NCBI GenBank assembly: GCA_963611795.1
Contig: CAVDSZ010000001.1
Span: forward strand, 147,501 to 211,500
Reading direction: 5' to 3'
Origin: Akkermansia muciniphila
GTDB lineage: Bacteria; Bacillota; Clostridia; Oscillospirales; CAG-272
Length of the DNA: 64,000 nucleotides
In this document: positions 28,407 through 40,756 of the stretch, one piece after another
How the letters are laid out: every line of letters starts with the position of its first letter
Position numbering within the stretch: the first letter of the stretch is position 1
Translations under genes and position numbers: made by a program
The notes under the pieces: generated by a model
The model's input: the letters and a program-made list of their open reading frames with translations, nothing else
Database searches by the model: none
What the model was told of the DNA's origin: nothing

Positions 28407-30011
28407 TCAGCCGAGCCGCTGGAAGATGCGGTCGCCGTTATGCACGATGTGTTGGTACAGCACAATCGTAGCGGCGAGCGGAATGACAGCGGCGAGTGCG
28501 ATACCGAGCGTGACATTCCCCGTGAGGACGCCGATGACGATACCGGGAGCCATCGCCATGATACCGCCGACCGTGGTAATGAGCATGGTGAGCCCGACGG
28601 CGCCCGACTGCTTGAGGACCTGCGTCTCATCCGTGAAGTCGAAGCGCGGGAGCGCGAGGTTCATCGAAAGCCCGATGACTGCCGTCGCCGCGTTATAGAC
28701 CTGCGGCACGAGCAGCAGGGCGACAACCACGCCCGGGGTGGGGCGAATCGCAATGGCGCAGGTGATGCTCGCGATGAGCGTCAGCGGCGCGGAAAGAACC
28801 ATATGCGGAATCAGTTTTGCCGTGAGGACCGTACGCCCCGAGAGGGGGAGCGATTGGAGCAGATAGATGTTTTGCCCCTCCATGGACACCGCCGACGCCG
28901 TGAACAGCGTCATGCTCGAAAGGAACGCCAGCGCACCTGCGGCGACCGCCGCGATGAGATTGACGGGAACGCCCTCGGCAACGAATTCCGACATCGGGAT
29001 GAAGAAAACACCGACGGCGAGGAGTAGTGTCAGGAGCATACCCATACCGCCGTTGAGCATATAGGCAGAACTGCTGACGATGCGCCGGAACTCATTTCTG
29101 ACCAGTGCCGAACGCTGGGAGCCGGCACGCTGTGCCTTCTCGCGGTAGACGGCTCTGACGGTGCCTTTCTGCCTCGTTGCGAGAGACAGGAAGGACGCGG
29201 AAAGAATCCACACCAGAATCGCGAAGGGAATGAGCATGAAAGCAATGTAGACGAAGAGCCACGCGAAGTTACCGCCCGCTGCCGCGATACCGAAGGCGCG
29301 GAACGGGAAGAACAGCGTCCCGCTTAGTCCGTCGGCAAGTTTCAACATCGTTTCTTCGGTTATGGCGACCCCGCCGCCGAGTTTCATACAACCGAACAGG
29401 TAGATGACGAAGATGACGGCGCCGAGGACGGTGGAGACGATTGCCGAGTTCTTCATACGGGAGGTGACAAGATAGAGAAGCCAGCCGACGAAACTGGAGA
29501 GCGCGAGCGAAAGCCCGGGCATACAGATAATGCCGATGAGGAATGCAAGAATTCCCGTGACGCTCGCGTGCCCGAGAATGCACCAGACCACGAACACGGG
29601 CAGGACGATGATAATCTCAAAGAGATAGTCCGACAGCACGATCATCAGCATACGGGAAAGCAGAATATCGCGGGGGCGAATCGGCAGGGAGAGCAGCGCC
29701 TCATTGTCCTTCGCCTCAAAAAGCTGGCTTTTCGCCGTGAAAATCGTGAAGATGAAATCCACGAGGAACACGAGCGTCGCGAGCACGGCGAAGAACAGCC
29801 ATGCGTTCTCCGTCCCGCCGACGAGGGAGCCGAGACTGTAGAAGAATAAGCCCGACATTGCCATAAAGACGATGCCGCAGTAGGCGAGCAGAACGCCGAG
29901 CAGAATCATACTGCCGCGGCTGCGCGGCTTGTCAGCCCCCTTTTTGGAGCGGCGACTGCCAAGGGAAGAGAAGAACTGGGAAAATTGCAGTTTCAGTAGC
30001 GTTTTCAGCAT
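28407..30011 (-). CDS. Large ABC exporter permease (putative ABC-exporter family)
   Basis: 534 aa with many TM helices. It starts 3 nt after the ABC ATPase stop. The N-terminus MLKTLLKLQFSQFF is typical of this uncharacterised permease class. Confidence 0.7.
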   Translation of the reverse strand: MLKTLLKLQFSQFFSSLGSRRSKKGADKPRSRGSMILLGVLLAYCGIVFMAMSGLFFYSLGSLVGGTENAWLFFAVLATLVFLVDFIFTIFTAKSQLFEAKDNEALLSLPIRPRDILLSRMLMIVLSDYLFEIIIVLPVFVVWCILGHASVTGILAFLIGIICMPGLSLALSSFVGWLLYLVTSRMKNSAIVSTVLGAVIFVIYLFGCMKLGGGVAITEETMLKLADGLSGTLFFPFRAFGIAAAGGNFAWLFVYIAFMLIPFAILVWILSASFLSLATRQKGTVRAVYREKAQRAGSQRSALVRNEFRRIVSSSAYMLNGGMGMLLTLLLAVGVFFIPMSEFVAEGVPVNLIAAVAAGALAFLSSMTLFTASAVSMEGQNIYLLQSLPLSGRTVLTAKLIPHMVLSAPLTLIASITCAIAIRPTPGVVVALLLVPQVYNAATAVIGLSMNLALPRFDFTDETQVLKQSGAVGLTMLITTVGGIMAMAPGIVIGVLTGNVTLGIALAAVIPLAATIVLYQHIVHNGDRIFQRLG

Positions 30012-30014
30012 GGC

Positions 30015-30746
30015 TCAGCCCTCGCTACCGGCACCCTCGTCGACGAGCTCGAGGAAGGCGTCCTCGAGGCTCTCGTCGCCCTTGACCTCCTCGGTCGTAC
30101 CGGCACGGAGCAACTCGCCGTGCTTGATAATCGCAATCTTGTCGCACAGGCGCTCCGCCACATCGAGGACGTGCGTCGAGAAGAAAATGGCACCGCCGCG
30201 CTCGCAGTGCTCGCGCATCATGGTTTTCAGCAGGTGAGATGCCTGCGGGTCGAGCCCGACGAACGGCTCATCCATGAGAATCAGGCGCGGTTCGTGCAGG
30301 AACGCCGCAATCAGCGCGAGACGCTGTTTCATACCGTGCGAGTAGCCGGAAACCTGCTGTGCGAGTGCTCCCGTGAGTTCAAACTTCTCGGCGAGGGTGG
30401 CGATTCGCTCGCTTCGGACGTCGGCGGGAATCGCGAACACGTCTGCGATGAACTGCAAATACTTGATACCGGTGAGAAAAGGATAGAGCTCCGGGTTGTC
30501 GGGCAGGTAGGCGATCATCTTTTTGACGGCGAGAGGATTCTCACGAATCGAAAGACCGTTGATATAAATCTCGCCCTCGTCCGGGGCGAGAATTCCGGCG
30601 CACGCCTTGAGGGTCGTGGTCTTACCGGCGCCGTTATGCCCGATGAATCCGTAAATCTCGCCCGGGGCAATGTGGAGCGAGAGGTCGTTAACGGCGACGG
30701 TGTCGCCGAAGCGCTTGGTATAATGTTCGATTCTGAGCATAGTCAA
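30015..30746 (-). CDS. ABC transporter ATP-binding protein (ABC-2/DrrA-like)
   Basis: Walker A GHNGAGKTT, signature YSHGMKQR, Walker B LILMDEPFVGLD. Confidence 0.9.
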   Translation of the reverse strand: MTMLRIEHYTKRFGDTVAVNDLSLHIAPGEIYGFIGHNGAGKTTTLKACAGILAPDEGEIYINGLSIRENPLAVKKMIAYLPDNPELYPFLTGIKYLQFIADVFAIPADVRSERIATLAEKFELTGALAQQVSGYSHGMKQRLALIAAFLHEPRLILMDEPFVGLDPQASHLLKTMMREHCERGGAIFFSTHVLDVAERLCDKIAIIKHGELLRAGTTEEVKGDESLEDAFLELVDEGAGSEG

Positions 30747-30788
30747 ATCTCCTGGTGTCTGATGAAAATTGTGTGAAAAAACAGTCTG

Positions 30789-31823
30789 TCAGTCTTTGTC
30801 CTCGAAATAGGAGAGAGGGGTCGCGTAGCAGTAGGCACCGCCTGTGAACTTCCCGAATTTATAGGTGTTGCAGGCGGATTCATTCATGACATACAGTTTC
30901 CCGTTCAAAATCAGCGGCTCTTCCGCCATGGGTGGGAGCGAGGCGCATTTGACGAGCGCCGTATCGTCGAGGGCGTAGCAGGGGAGCGTCACGCCGAGGA
31001 CGGTGACGTCCTCCGTGCGCTGGATTTTCGCGGTATCGTAGATATAGAGGGAAGAATGCGCAAGCGCCCACGAGGCGGTAATATAGATTCTGCCCTCCGA
31101 GACGGCGAATCCTTGCGCGAGGTCGGGCAGGGAATAAGCCGATACCGGCGTCGTCGAGACACCGATTGCGGACGTTCCGTCGAGTGGGTAGACCAGGGCG
31201 AGCGCACGCTGTGTCGCGCCCGAGGGACAGGTGACATAGTGGTTCTTCGGCGTTTCATAGTTGCCGGGGCGATAGAACTCGCCGACAATCAGGTTCTCGT
31301 CCGACACTTGCAGGAAGGCGGGACCGAGATAATCGTCCTCGTTCTCTTCCAGATAGCAGGAGAGGGCGCCGACCGACTGTATATTGCCGCCGTCCGCCGT
31401 CGTTTCGAGGTCTGCCCGGGCGAAGACATGGACGGTCGCGTCCGAGCCGCCCGCAAGGTACACGAAGTCATCGGCGATGGCAATGCCGCCCGCGTGCCCT
31501 GTGTAAGCGGTACCGTCCGCGAGGGTGTAGCGGAGCGTCTTTTGCAGCTTCCCGTCGTCGCCGACGAGGTACAGCGGGGATTGTCCGCCCGCCTTGTCAT
31601 ACCCGGTGACAAGATAGGTATGGCGTTCTGCGTCGTAGTCGATTCCCTGCGGGACGAATCCGTCGCCGAGACCGGGGATCTTGAACGCGCGCTCCGACTT
31701 ATGATAGTACCCGAGGTGCGGCAGACGAACATAGGCGCGCACGCCGAGGACGAGAAGCAGGGGAATGAGGATAAGGACGGCGATGACCACCGTCAGAATA
31801 CGTGCTTTACGGCTCAGTTTCAT
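30789..31823 (-). CDS. N-terminally membrane-anchored extracytoplasmic protein, unknown function
   Basis: ATG 31823 with a GGAGG SD. One TM helix (ILTVVIAVLILIPLLLVLGV) is followed by about 300 aa of beta-rich sequence. The gene ends 42 nt upstream of the ABC ATPase. Confidence 0.6.
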   Translation of the reverse strand: MKLSRKARILTVVIAVLILIPLLLVLGVRAYVRLPHLGYYHKSERAFKIPGLGDGFVPQGIDYDAERHTYLVTGYDKAGGQSPLYLVGDDGKLQKTLRYTLADGTAYTGHAGGIAIADDFVYLAGGSDATVHVFARADLETTADGGNIQSVGALSCYLEENEDDYLGPAFLQVSDENLIVGEFYRPGNYETPKNHYVTCPSGATQRALALVYPLDGTSAIGVSTTPVSAYSLPDLAQGFAVSEGRIYITASWALAHSSLYIYDTAKIQRTEDVTVLGVTLPCYALDDTALVKCASLPPMAEEPLILNGKLYVMNESACNTYKFGKFTGGAYCYATPLSYFEDKD

Positions 31824-32110
31824 GGGAAATGCCTCCATAAATGAAATGAATGGATACATGGTTGTCAAATCCCGGGTGTTCCATGTTATTTTAGCACATT
31901 TTTTGCCAAATAACAAGAGGGACGTTGCTCCGCGTGAGATACGGCGAGGGATGGCTGGTATCGGGAGGACGCCGCCGGCGCAAAGCGACATCGCGGAATA
32001 AAATTGTGGGAGAAATTGGCAGAACAAACCGTGAGAAAAAAGCGGAAAAGCAACGAAAACAACGGAAGAGCGATGAGCGCGAAAGTCAATAGCCTGGGGG
32101 CGAAACAAAA

Positions 32111-32138
32111 AGAGCCACGCGCCGTGGCGCGTGGCTCT
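32111..32138 (-). terminator. Terminator of the 333-aa membrane protein gene
   Basis: Palindrome AGAGCCACGCG...CGCGTGGCTCT followed on the minus strand by CTTTTTGTTTCG. Confidence 0.75.
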
Positions 32139-32198
32139 CGGGGAGGCGGGAACAGACGTGTGCCCGTTGGAACTTCCGAGGGAATCTTGATTTTTTGT

Positions 32199-33200
32199 TT
32201 ACTCGTTTGCCAGAGCCGCCTGTGCGTGCTTGATTTCCGTATCTTCGGCGGCGAACTCGATGAAGAGCTGGACGAGGAGCATGAAAGCAACGGGAACGAG
32301 GCAGAACAGCGTCGCCACCGTGCCGGTCAGACCCATGAAATCAATCAGGGCAGGGGTCAGCGCGAGGAGCGCCAAAGAACCGACACCCGAGAAGATACGA
32401 CCGATAAAACGCGTCACGAGCGCGCCGCGGGTCTCGGAGGACGAGAACTTCTCGCCCGAGTGGGCGACAGAGCGGCGGCAGACCGTCGCAATCAGCCCTG
32501 CAATCAGCGCGAGAACCACAGCGGCACCGGCGAGGATACCGCAGTCTTTTAGGGCGTCCGTGCCGAAAGTGAAATCCTCGAAACTCGGCAGAATGGCAGA
32601 GAGGGTGTCATACGCGGGGGAGGTGATGAGATCGGCCTGCACCAACGCGAGAAGCAGCGAGCCGAGGAAGGTCATGCCGAAGAATGCGTGCCATGCAGAG
32701 GAGAGATGCATCCGATAAGCGCCGGAGACCATGAGGTAGAGCGGCACGAATACGAGCGCGGCGTACTGAGCCAGCGCCAGAATCGACTCCGCAGAGTAGA
32801 ACACGTCGACAAATGCCGTCGCGGACAGCCAGGTCGGGAAGATGAATCCGAGGAGCCCCGCCGCGAGTGGAACACTGCAGACAAGACCGTAGAGACCCTG
32901 TGTCAGATAAGCGTCGGGGAAGAGTAGCCCCCATAGCAGGAACAGCGCCTCAAGCAACATCACGACCGGAACGAAAGAAACGCGCGCGGTTGCTCCGATG
33001 AGGTCAGCGAGCGGGCTCACAAGCCCGAATGCGGCGACACCCGCGAGCAGGACAATCATCAGTGCCCGTGTCACGACGGAAAAGACTTTGTTTTTCCGCG
33101 GCATCAGCATGGCGACGAGCAAAAGAATGACGGGGATACATACCAAAGCGAGACGATCGGTAAGTTCCATTTGATTCATGGCGTTCAGAGAAAAGAACAT
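32199..33200 (-). CDS. Integral membrane protein, unknown function
   Basis: 333 aa with about 8-9 hydrophobic helices. Coding-like composition and its own terminator. Confidence 0.6.
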   Translation of the reverse strand: MFFSLNAMNQMELTDRLALVCIPVILLLVAMLMPRKNKVFSVVTRALMIVLLAGVAAFGLVSPLADLIGATARVSFVPVVMLLEALFLLWGLLFPDAYLTQGLYGLVCSVPLAAGLLGFIFPTWLSATAFVDVFYSAESILALAQYAALVFVPLYLMVSGAYRMHLSSAWHAFFGMTFLGSLLLALVQADLITSPAYDTLSAILPSFEDFTFGTDALKDCGILAGAAVVLALIAGLIATVCRRSVAHSGEKFSSSETRGALVTRFIGRIFSGVGSLALLALTPALIDFMGLTGTVATLFCLVPVAFMLLVQLFIEFAAEDTEIKHAQAALANE

Positions 33201-33342
33201 GACTGTACTCCTTCCCGACAGAAAAATTACGATTCGGACATTTTAATAAATTGTAACACGCCTGCGCGCGAATGTCAATCTTTTCTGGGCAAATTCACCA
33301 CGCGGTGCCCGAAAACGACGATTTTAACGCTGTTTGGCACCG

Positions 33343-35442
<2,100 letters not shown>

Positions 35443-35527
35443 ATGGTTTCCTTTCTGGTTGTGAGGGAACGGCGCGGGTCCTCCGCGCCGTGGCAGTACC
35501 GAGGGGGATTTTGCGTTGCTTTCGCGT

Positions 35528-36127
35528 TCAAAACCCGGCGCGCCAGAGCGCGCGCCGGACTTCCTCAGGCGAGAGCCCGAGGGCTTCCTGCTTCTCGCGG
35601 AAGCGCCGCTTGTTTTCTTCAAAGTCCGCGTCGCCCGCGTCGATTGCCGCATCAATGGCACGTGTGACGGTCGCGCCGGGATAGCCGCGACCGACGAGAT
35701 AAGCGTGCGTCTTGCGTCGGCTCCAGCCCTTACCGGCGCAGCGGGCGGCGAGCCGCTCTGCGCTGTCCGCTTCTTTCAGGTAGCCGAGGTTTTCCACCTC
35801 GTCGAGCGCCGCGCGGGCGGCGGTGTCGCTATGCCCCTTGCGGCGGAGCTTGCAATAGAGATTCCGTCGGCTCTCATCCCCCCGGGCGAGCGATCCGAGG
35901 GCGGAGGCAAGCGCGCGGCGCTCCGCCACATGGGCAAAGAGCGCCTCCGTTTCTTCCTCCGTCAGAATATAACCGACGGTGGGGGAGCCGAGTGCAAGGT
36001 AGAACTGTTCCGCCACGGGGTAGGCGCAGGAGCCCTCCTCCGAGCGCACGACGAGCGTCAGGCGACCGGGGGTCGCGCCGTGGCGGACGGCGAGGAGGGT
36101 GCCGGGGGCAGTGTCCTCACTCCGCAT
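35528..36127 (-). CDS. recX: RecX-like regulatory protein
   Basis: 199-aa helical-repeat protein overlapping the recA stop by 11 nt. The central segment ([24 protein letters not shown]) fits RecX repeats. Confidence 0.75.
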   Translation of the reverse strand: MRSEDTAPGTLLAVRHGATPGRLTLVVRSEEGSCAYPVAEQFYLALGSPTVGYILTEEETEALFAHVAERRALASALGSLARGDESRRNLYCKLRRKGHSDTAARAALDEVENLGYLKEADSAERLAARCAGKGWSRRKTHAYLVGRGYPGATVTRAIDAAIDAGDADFEENKRRFREKQEALGLSPEEVRRALWRAGF

Positions 36128-37244
36128 CGTCTACCGAGAAGTCGCGGATGTCGAATCCGTCCTCTTCGTCGAGGGAGAGGTCATCCTGCTGTGCCGCGCC
36201 CTTCGCCATGGCGGCGCGCACCTGCTCTTCCAGCTTGGCGAACAGGGCAGGGTCGCTCTCAATCGCACTGCGGGCATTGTCCTTCCCCTGCCAGCGATTG
36301 CCGTCGTAGGAGAAGAAGGAGCCGCTCTTTTCGACAAAGCCGAAGTTCAGACCCGCATCGAAGATTTCATTGGTCTTGGAAATGCCTTTGCCGTAGAGGA
36401 TATCGAATTCCGCTATGCGGAACGGCGGCGCCACCTTGTTCTTGACGACCTTCGCCTTGGTGCGGCTGCCGTAGATTTCGCTGCCGTTTTTAAGGATTTC
36501 GCCCTTGCGGACTTCAATCCGCACGGAGGCGTAGAATTTCAGCGCGCGGCCGCCGGGCGTCACCTCCGGGTTGCCGTACATGACACCGACTTTTTCACGC
36601 AGCTGGTTGATGAAGATGAGGACGCAGTTGGATTTGGAGACGGCGCCGCTGAGTTTGCGGAGCGCCTGGCTCATCAGACGTGCCTGCACGCCGACGTGCG
36701 ACTGTCCCATGTCGCCATCAATCTCCTGCTGGGGCACGAGTGCCGCTACGGAGTCGACGACGATGACATCAATCGCCTGGGAGTCAACGAGCCGCCCTGC
36801 AATCTCGAGCGCCTGCTCGCCACTGTCCGGCTGGGAAATCAGCAGGTCGTTGATGTTGACGCCGAGGTTCTTCGCATAGACGGGGTCGAGCGCGTGCTCC
36901 GCGTCGATGAATGCCGCCTCGCCGCCCATTTTCTGCGTCTCCGCGACGATGTGGAGGGCGACGGTGGTCTTACCGGAGGATTCCGGCCCATAGATTTCGA
37001 CGATGCGTCCGCGCGGCACGCCGCCGACACCGAGCGCGATGTCGAGGTTCAGCGAGCCTGTCGGAATGGCGCTGACCTCCATGTGTGCGTTTTCACCGAG
37101 GCGCATGATGGTGCCTTTGCCGAGGTCGTGCTCAATACGCGTGATAGCCGCTTCCAGAGCGGCTTTTTTATCGCCTACCGGGACGTCCGAATTTTTGGCG
37201 TTCTTGGCGGGTTTGGTGGGTCTGGTGGGTTTCTTTGCTGGCAT
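36117..37244 (-). CDS. recA: Recombinase RecA
   Basis: [16 protein letters not shown] Walker [20 protein letters not shown], and [30 protein letters not shown]. Confidence 0.97.
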   Translation of the reverse strand: MPAKKPTRPTKPAKNAKNSDVPVGDKKAALEAAITRIEHDLGKGTIMRLGENAHMEVSAIPTGSLNLDIALGVGGVPRGRIVEIYGPESSGKTTVALHIVAETQKMGGEAAFIDAEHALDPVYAKNLGVNINDLLISQPDSGEQALEIAGRLVDSQAIDVIVVDSVAALVPQQEIDGDMGQSHVGVQARLMSQALRKLSGAVSKSNCVLIFINQLREKVGVMYGNPEVTPGGRALKFYASVRIEVRKGEILKNGSEIYGSRTKAKVVKNKVAPPFRIAEFDILYGKGISKTNEIFDAGLNFGFVEKSGSFFSYDGNRWQGKDNARSAIESDPALFAKLEEQVRAAMAKGAAQQDDLSLDEEDGFDIRDFSVDDAE

Positions 37245-37291
37245 GGCGAGCCTCCTGTTTTTTCTCTATGTAGAAAGTTGATAGGTGGGAA

Positions 37292-38569
37292 TCAGAGCGC
37301 GATCTCGGTCGCGCCGACGGGGCGGACGGAGAGCATCATCACGGCACCCGTGCCGAAGATGCTGTCCATGACGGTGCGGTAGTCCTCGGCAAGCTCCGCC
37401 TTGACGAATGCCTGAATCGTACCGGCGAAGCCGCCGCCGTGGACACGCCACGCACAGCCCTTGCCGTCGAGGAGCCCTTCGGTCACGGCGAGCGCGAGGG
37501 AAAGCCCCTGCTCGGCGACGTTCTTGACGGTGAACACGTTCTGCAGATACTTGAAAGACGAGTTGCCGGACGCGATGACGAGCGCGAGGAAGGCGTCAAA
37601 GTCGCCGCGGCGGAGGGCGTCGACTTGCTTTTCGACGCGGGCGTTCTCACGCAGGAAGTGCAGGGCGCGCAGAATGGCGCGATCCCCGACCGCGCCGCGC
37701 AGAATCGGAATGTTCGCGATGATGTCGCTCTCCGTCAGCCCGCGCAGGACCTCCTGCCCGAGTGCGGCGGCGACCGCCTTCATCTCGGCGGGGACAGAGG
37801 CGTAATCTTCATTGAGGTCGGCATGGTTGCCGCCCGTGTTGACGATGCAGAGCTTATAGCCGGCGTCCGAGAGGGAGAAAGAGACGGGGGTGACGACGGG
37901 GTTCTTCGGGTCGGCGAAGTCAATCGAGAGGAAACCGCCGACGGCGCAAGCCATTTGGTCCATGAGCCCGCAGGGCTTGCCGAAGTAGGCGTTTTCGGCG
38001 TACTGCGCGATTTTCGCGAGTTCCTCGTTCGCAATTTTGCCGTCGTTGTAGAGATAATTCATGATATTCCCGCACTGCACCTCAAATGCGGCGGAGGAGG
38101 AAATCCCGGAGCCTTTCAGCACCTCGGTCGTGGTATAGGCATCGTAGCCGCCGATTGCGTACCCGCGGTCGAGGCACCCGCGACAGGTGCCGGCGAGCAG
38201 CGCGCAGGAGGAAAACGGCTTGAATGCTTTCGGATCGCCCGCCTGTTCGATGACGACGGTATCTTCGGGATAGCCCTCGGACTTGATGCGAACGATGCCG
38301 TCCTCGTTCTTCGCGGCGACGGCGATGATATCGCGGTCGATAGCGCCCGCGAGGACTTCTCCGTGGTTGTGGTCGGTGTGGTTGCCGCTGATTTCACTTC
38401 TGCCGGGGACGGAGAAGAGGCGGATGTCGCGGTCGTCACCGTACAGGGCGCAGAACGCGTCGATTGCGGCGATGTACCGCTTCGCCTGTGCGGCAAGGTC
38501 GGTATAGAGGTGGGCATAGGCGCCGAGTGCCCCGGCGGCGATCCGGGCTTTCAGTTCGTTGGCTTGCAT
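37292..38569 (-). CDS. Galactokinase-family GHMP kinase
   Basis: 425 aa. Galactokinase-like signature PGRSEISGNHTDHNHG and GHMP ATP motif GSGISSSAA. Substrate was not determined. Confidence 0.75.
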   Translation of the reverse strand: MQANELKARIAAGALGAYAHLYTDLAAQAKRYIAAIDAFCALYGDDRDIRLFSVPGRSEISGNHTDHNHGEVLAGAIDRDIIAVAAKNEDGIVRIKSEGYPEDTVVIEQAGDPKAFKPFSSCALLAGTCRGCLDRGYAIGGYDAYTTTEVLKGSGISSSAAFEVQCGNIMNYLYNDGKIANEELAKIAQYAENAYFGKPCGLMDQMACAVGGFLSIDFADPKNPVVTPVSFSLSDAGYKLCIVNTGGNHADLNEDYASVPAEMKAVAAALGQEVLRGLTESDIIANIPILRGAVGDRAILRALHFLRENARVEKQVDALRRGDFDAFLALVIASGNSSFKYLQNVFTVKNVAEQGLSLALAVTEGLLDGKGCAWRVHGGGFAGTIQAFVKAELAEDYRTVMDSIFGTGAVMMLSVRPVGATEIAL

Positions 38570-38661
38570 AATATGGGCTCTCTTTCTAAGAATATTAGTT
38601 TATGTGAGGAATTGCCATGGCGTCGGCATTGCCGGACGCACCGGACGTTTCGACGCCCGTT

Positions 38662-39651
38662 TCAGGCGAGGAAAGCGCGGACGGCGGGCAGGAGCGTCTC
38701 TGCCATCGCCTCCGGCGTTTTGCCGTCCGCCTCGACCGGGAGCACACCCGGCATTCGGCGAAAATAGGTCAGTTGCCGCTTGGCGTACCGACGGGTCGCG
38801 CGTTTCAGTGCCTCGACGGCGTCCGCCTGCGTACAGGTACCCTCCAGATACGGGAGCAGTTCTTTATAGCCGATTGCGGCGGCGGCGGTCGCGTTCTTTG
38901 CAAACACGCCCGCGTCGCGGAGCCGTTCGGTCTCTTCGACGAGCCCCGCCGTCATCATGGCGTCCACGCGCGCGTCAATGCGGGCGTAGAGTGCTTCACG
39001 GTCGCGGAACACGGGTTCGACGATCAGCAGGGAAAGCGCGGGATTCTCCGTCGGCGCCTCACGGTCGAGGTCGGTCTTGGTTTTTCCGCTCGAAAGATAG
39101 ATTTCCAACGCGCGGATGACGCGGTGGACATTGTTCGGATGCGTTGCGGCGGCGGCATCGGGGTCGATGTCGGCGAGCCGCCGATAGAGGGCGAGCCGCC
39201 CCTCGGGCGTCTGTGCCTGCCGTTGCAGATTCTCACGCAGGACAGGATCCGGCGGCGGAGTCGCCGCGGTGTGCCGCCCGGTGCGGACGGCATCGAGGTA
39301 AAGCCCTGTGCCGCCGCAGAAAATCGAGAGTTTGCCCCTCCCGTGAATATCGTGCACCGCCGCCATGGCGGCGTCCGCATAATCCGAGGCGGAGAAAGAG
39401 ACGGTGGGGTCGATACAGTCAACGAGATGGTGAGGGCAGAGCGCTAGCTCCCCTGCGGTGGGTTTCGCCGTCCCGATATCCATGCCGCGATAGACCTGCA
39501 TGGAGTCACAGACGATAATCTCGGCATCGAGCCGTTCGGCGAGCGCGAGGGAGAGCGCCGTTTTCCCCGACGCGGTGGGACCGATGACGGCGAGCGCCCG
39601 AATCGGGGACGGACGCGTCCGTCCTGTGGATTGCGATTGCTTTTCGGTCAT
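38662..39651 (-). CDS. miaA: tRNA dimethylallyltransferase
   Basis: P-loop IGPTASGKT, DSMQVYRGMDIGTAKPT and the MiaA family layout. Its ATG overlaps the stop of the upstream kinase (ATGA). Confidence 0.9.
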   Translation of the reverse strand: MTEKQSQSTGRTRPSPIRALAVIGPTASGKTALSLALAERLDAEIIVCDSMQVYRGMDIGTAKPTAGELALCPHHLVDCIDPTVSFSASDYADAAMAAVHDIHGRGKLSIFCGGTGLYLDAVRTGRHTAATPPPDPVLRENLQRQAQTPEGRLALYRRLADIDPDAAAATHPNNVHRVIRALEIYLSSGKTKTDLDREAPTENPALSLLIVEPVFRDREALYARIDARVDAMMTAGLVEETERLRDAGVFAKNATAAAAIGYKELLPYLEGTCTQADAVEALKRATRRYAKRQLTYFRRMPGVLPVEADGKTPEAMAETLLPAVRAFLA

Positions 39652-40583
39652 CGGATGCGGTTACTCTTGAGGAAGGCGTCGACTTCCTCCCGCGTGGGGA
39701 GAGAGGCGACGGTACCGGCGCGCGCGACGGCGAGCGCCCCGACGGCACCTGCGTACTTCGCGGCGGCGGTCATGTTGCCGCGACTGCGGAGATATTCCAG
39801 TGCGAGGGCGGCGAAATACGCCTCGGGTGCGGCGGCGTTGTCGAGTGCCTTGACGGGCACGGGGCTGACCATGGAGAAATGACGGCCGTCGAAGAGGAAC
39901 GTTCCGCGGTCGCCCATGTGGACGGCGTAGAAACGGGAGGCGACGGTCTTGGAGAGGGAGAGCAGGGCGCGGAGTGCCGCGTCACTGCCGTTCGGGCGAA
40001 TGCCCGTCAACGCCTCGATCTCGGTATCACTCAGGCAGACGATATCCATCTGCGGCAGTTTGGCAAACGGGAAATCGGCTCTCACCGGGGAGAGGTGCAG
40101 GAACATGGGCAGGTGCTTTTCGGCGCCGCGTGCCGCCGCCTCGAGGATTGTCTCTTCCGCGAGGTCGAGGTGCAGACAGAGCGCTTCCGGCTGGGTGGCG
40201 AACGCCGCGTCCAGATTGTCGCGGGTCAGATTGCGGTTGGCGGCAGGGTAGCAGACGGTACGGACAGCGCCGCCGTCCGCGAGGAGCAGACGCAGACCCG
40301 TCGCCGAACGGGCGTCCGCGATAATCGGCGAGGTATCGACCCCCGCCTCGGAGAGCAGGGCGTACAGCCGCTGCCCTTCGACGTCCTGCCCGAGACGGCA
40401 GGACAGCGCCGACTTCGCGCCCAGCCGTGCGAGCGCAACGGCACAGTTGACGCCCTGCCCGTCCGCGAGCCATACGGCGGACAGGTCATCGACGGTGACG
40501 GTCTCTCCCGGCGCGGGGATACCCGGCGCGCGGAACAGTATATCCATATAGGCGGGACCTACGGTCAGAATTTTGGGATCCAT
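39648..40583 (-). CDS. PfkB/ribokinase-family carbohydrate kinase
   Basis: 311 aa from the ATG at 40583 (GGAGG SD). PfkB signature regions GQGVNCAVALARLG and the C-terminal DNAAAPEAYFAALA. Confidence 0.8.
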   Translation of the reverse strand: MDPKILTVGPAYMDILFRAPGIPAPGETVTVDDLSAVWLADGQGVNCAVALARLGAKSALSCRLGQDVEGQRLYALLSEAGVDTSPIIADARSATGLRLLLADGGAVRTVCYPAANRNLTRDNLDAAFATQPEALCLHLDLAEETILEAAARGAEKHLPMFLHLSPVRADFPFAKLPQMDIVCLSDTEIEALTGIRPNGSDAALRALLSLSKTVASRFYAVHMGDRGTFLFDGRHFSMVSPVPVKALDNAAAPEAYFAALALEYLRSRGNMTAAAKYAGAVGALAVARAGTVASLPTREEVDAFLKSNRIR

Positions 40584-40756
40584 AATACCTCCTTCGGTCA
40601 GAGTGGGGCGCGGGGCGCGCCCTTTCGGTGGGGGAATCACGGTGCCGAAAACGGGGCACCGCAAACGTCAAAAGTCATGCGGGGTAAGACAGGGAAAGCG
40701 TCGGAGCGTCAAGACGCTCGGCAGTCGAACTGTCGGAGCGGCACACCCCCGGACGG

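Noticed and set aside
37245-37291. Looked for a Cheo/SOS box (CGAACnnnnGTTCG-like) upstream of recA.
   Set aside because: No such palindrome occurs in the 47-nt galK-recA spacer or in the end of the upstream gene. Absence was noted, not a feature.
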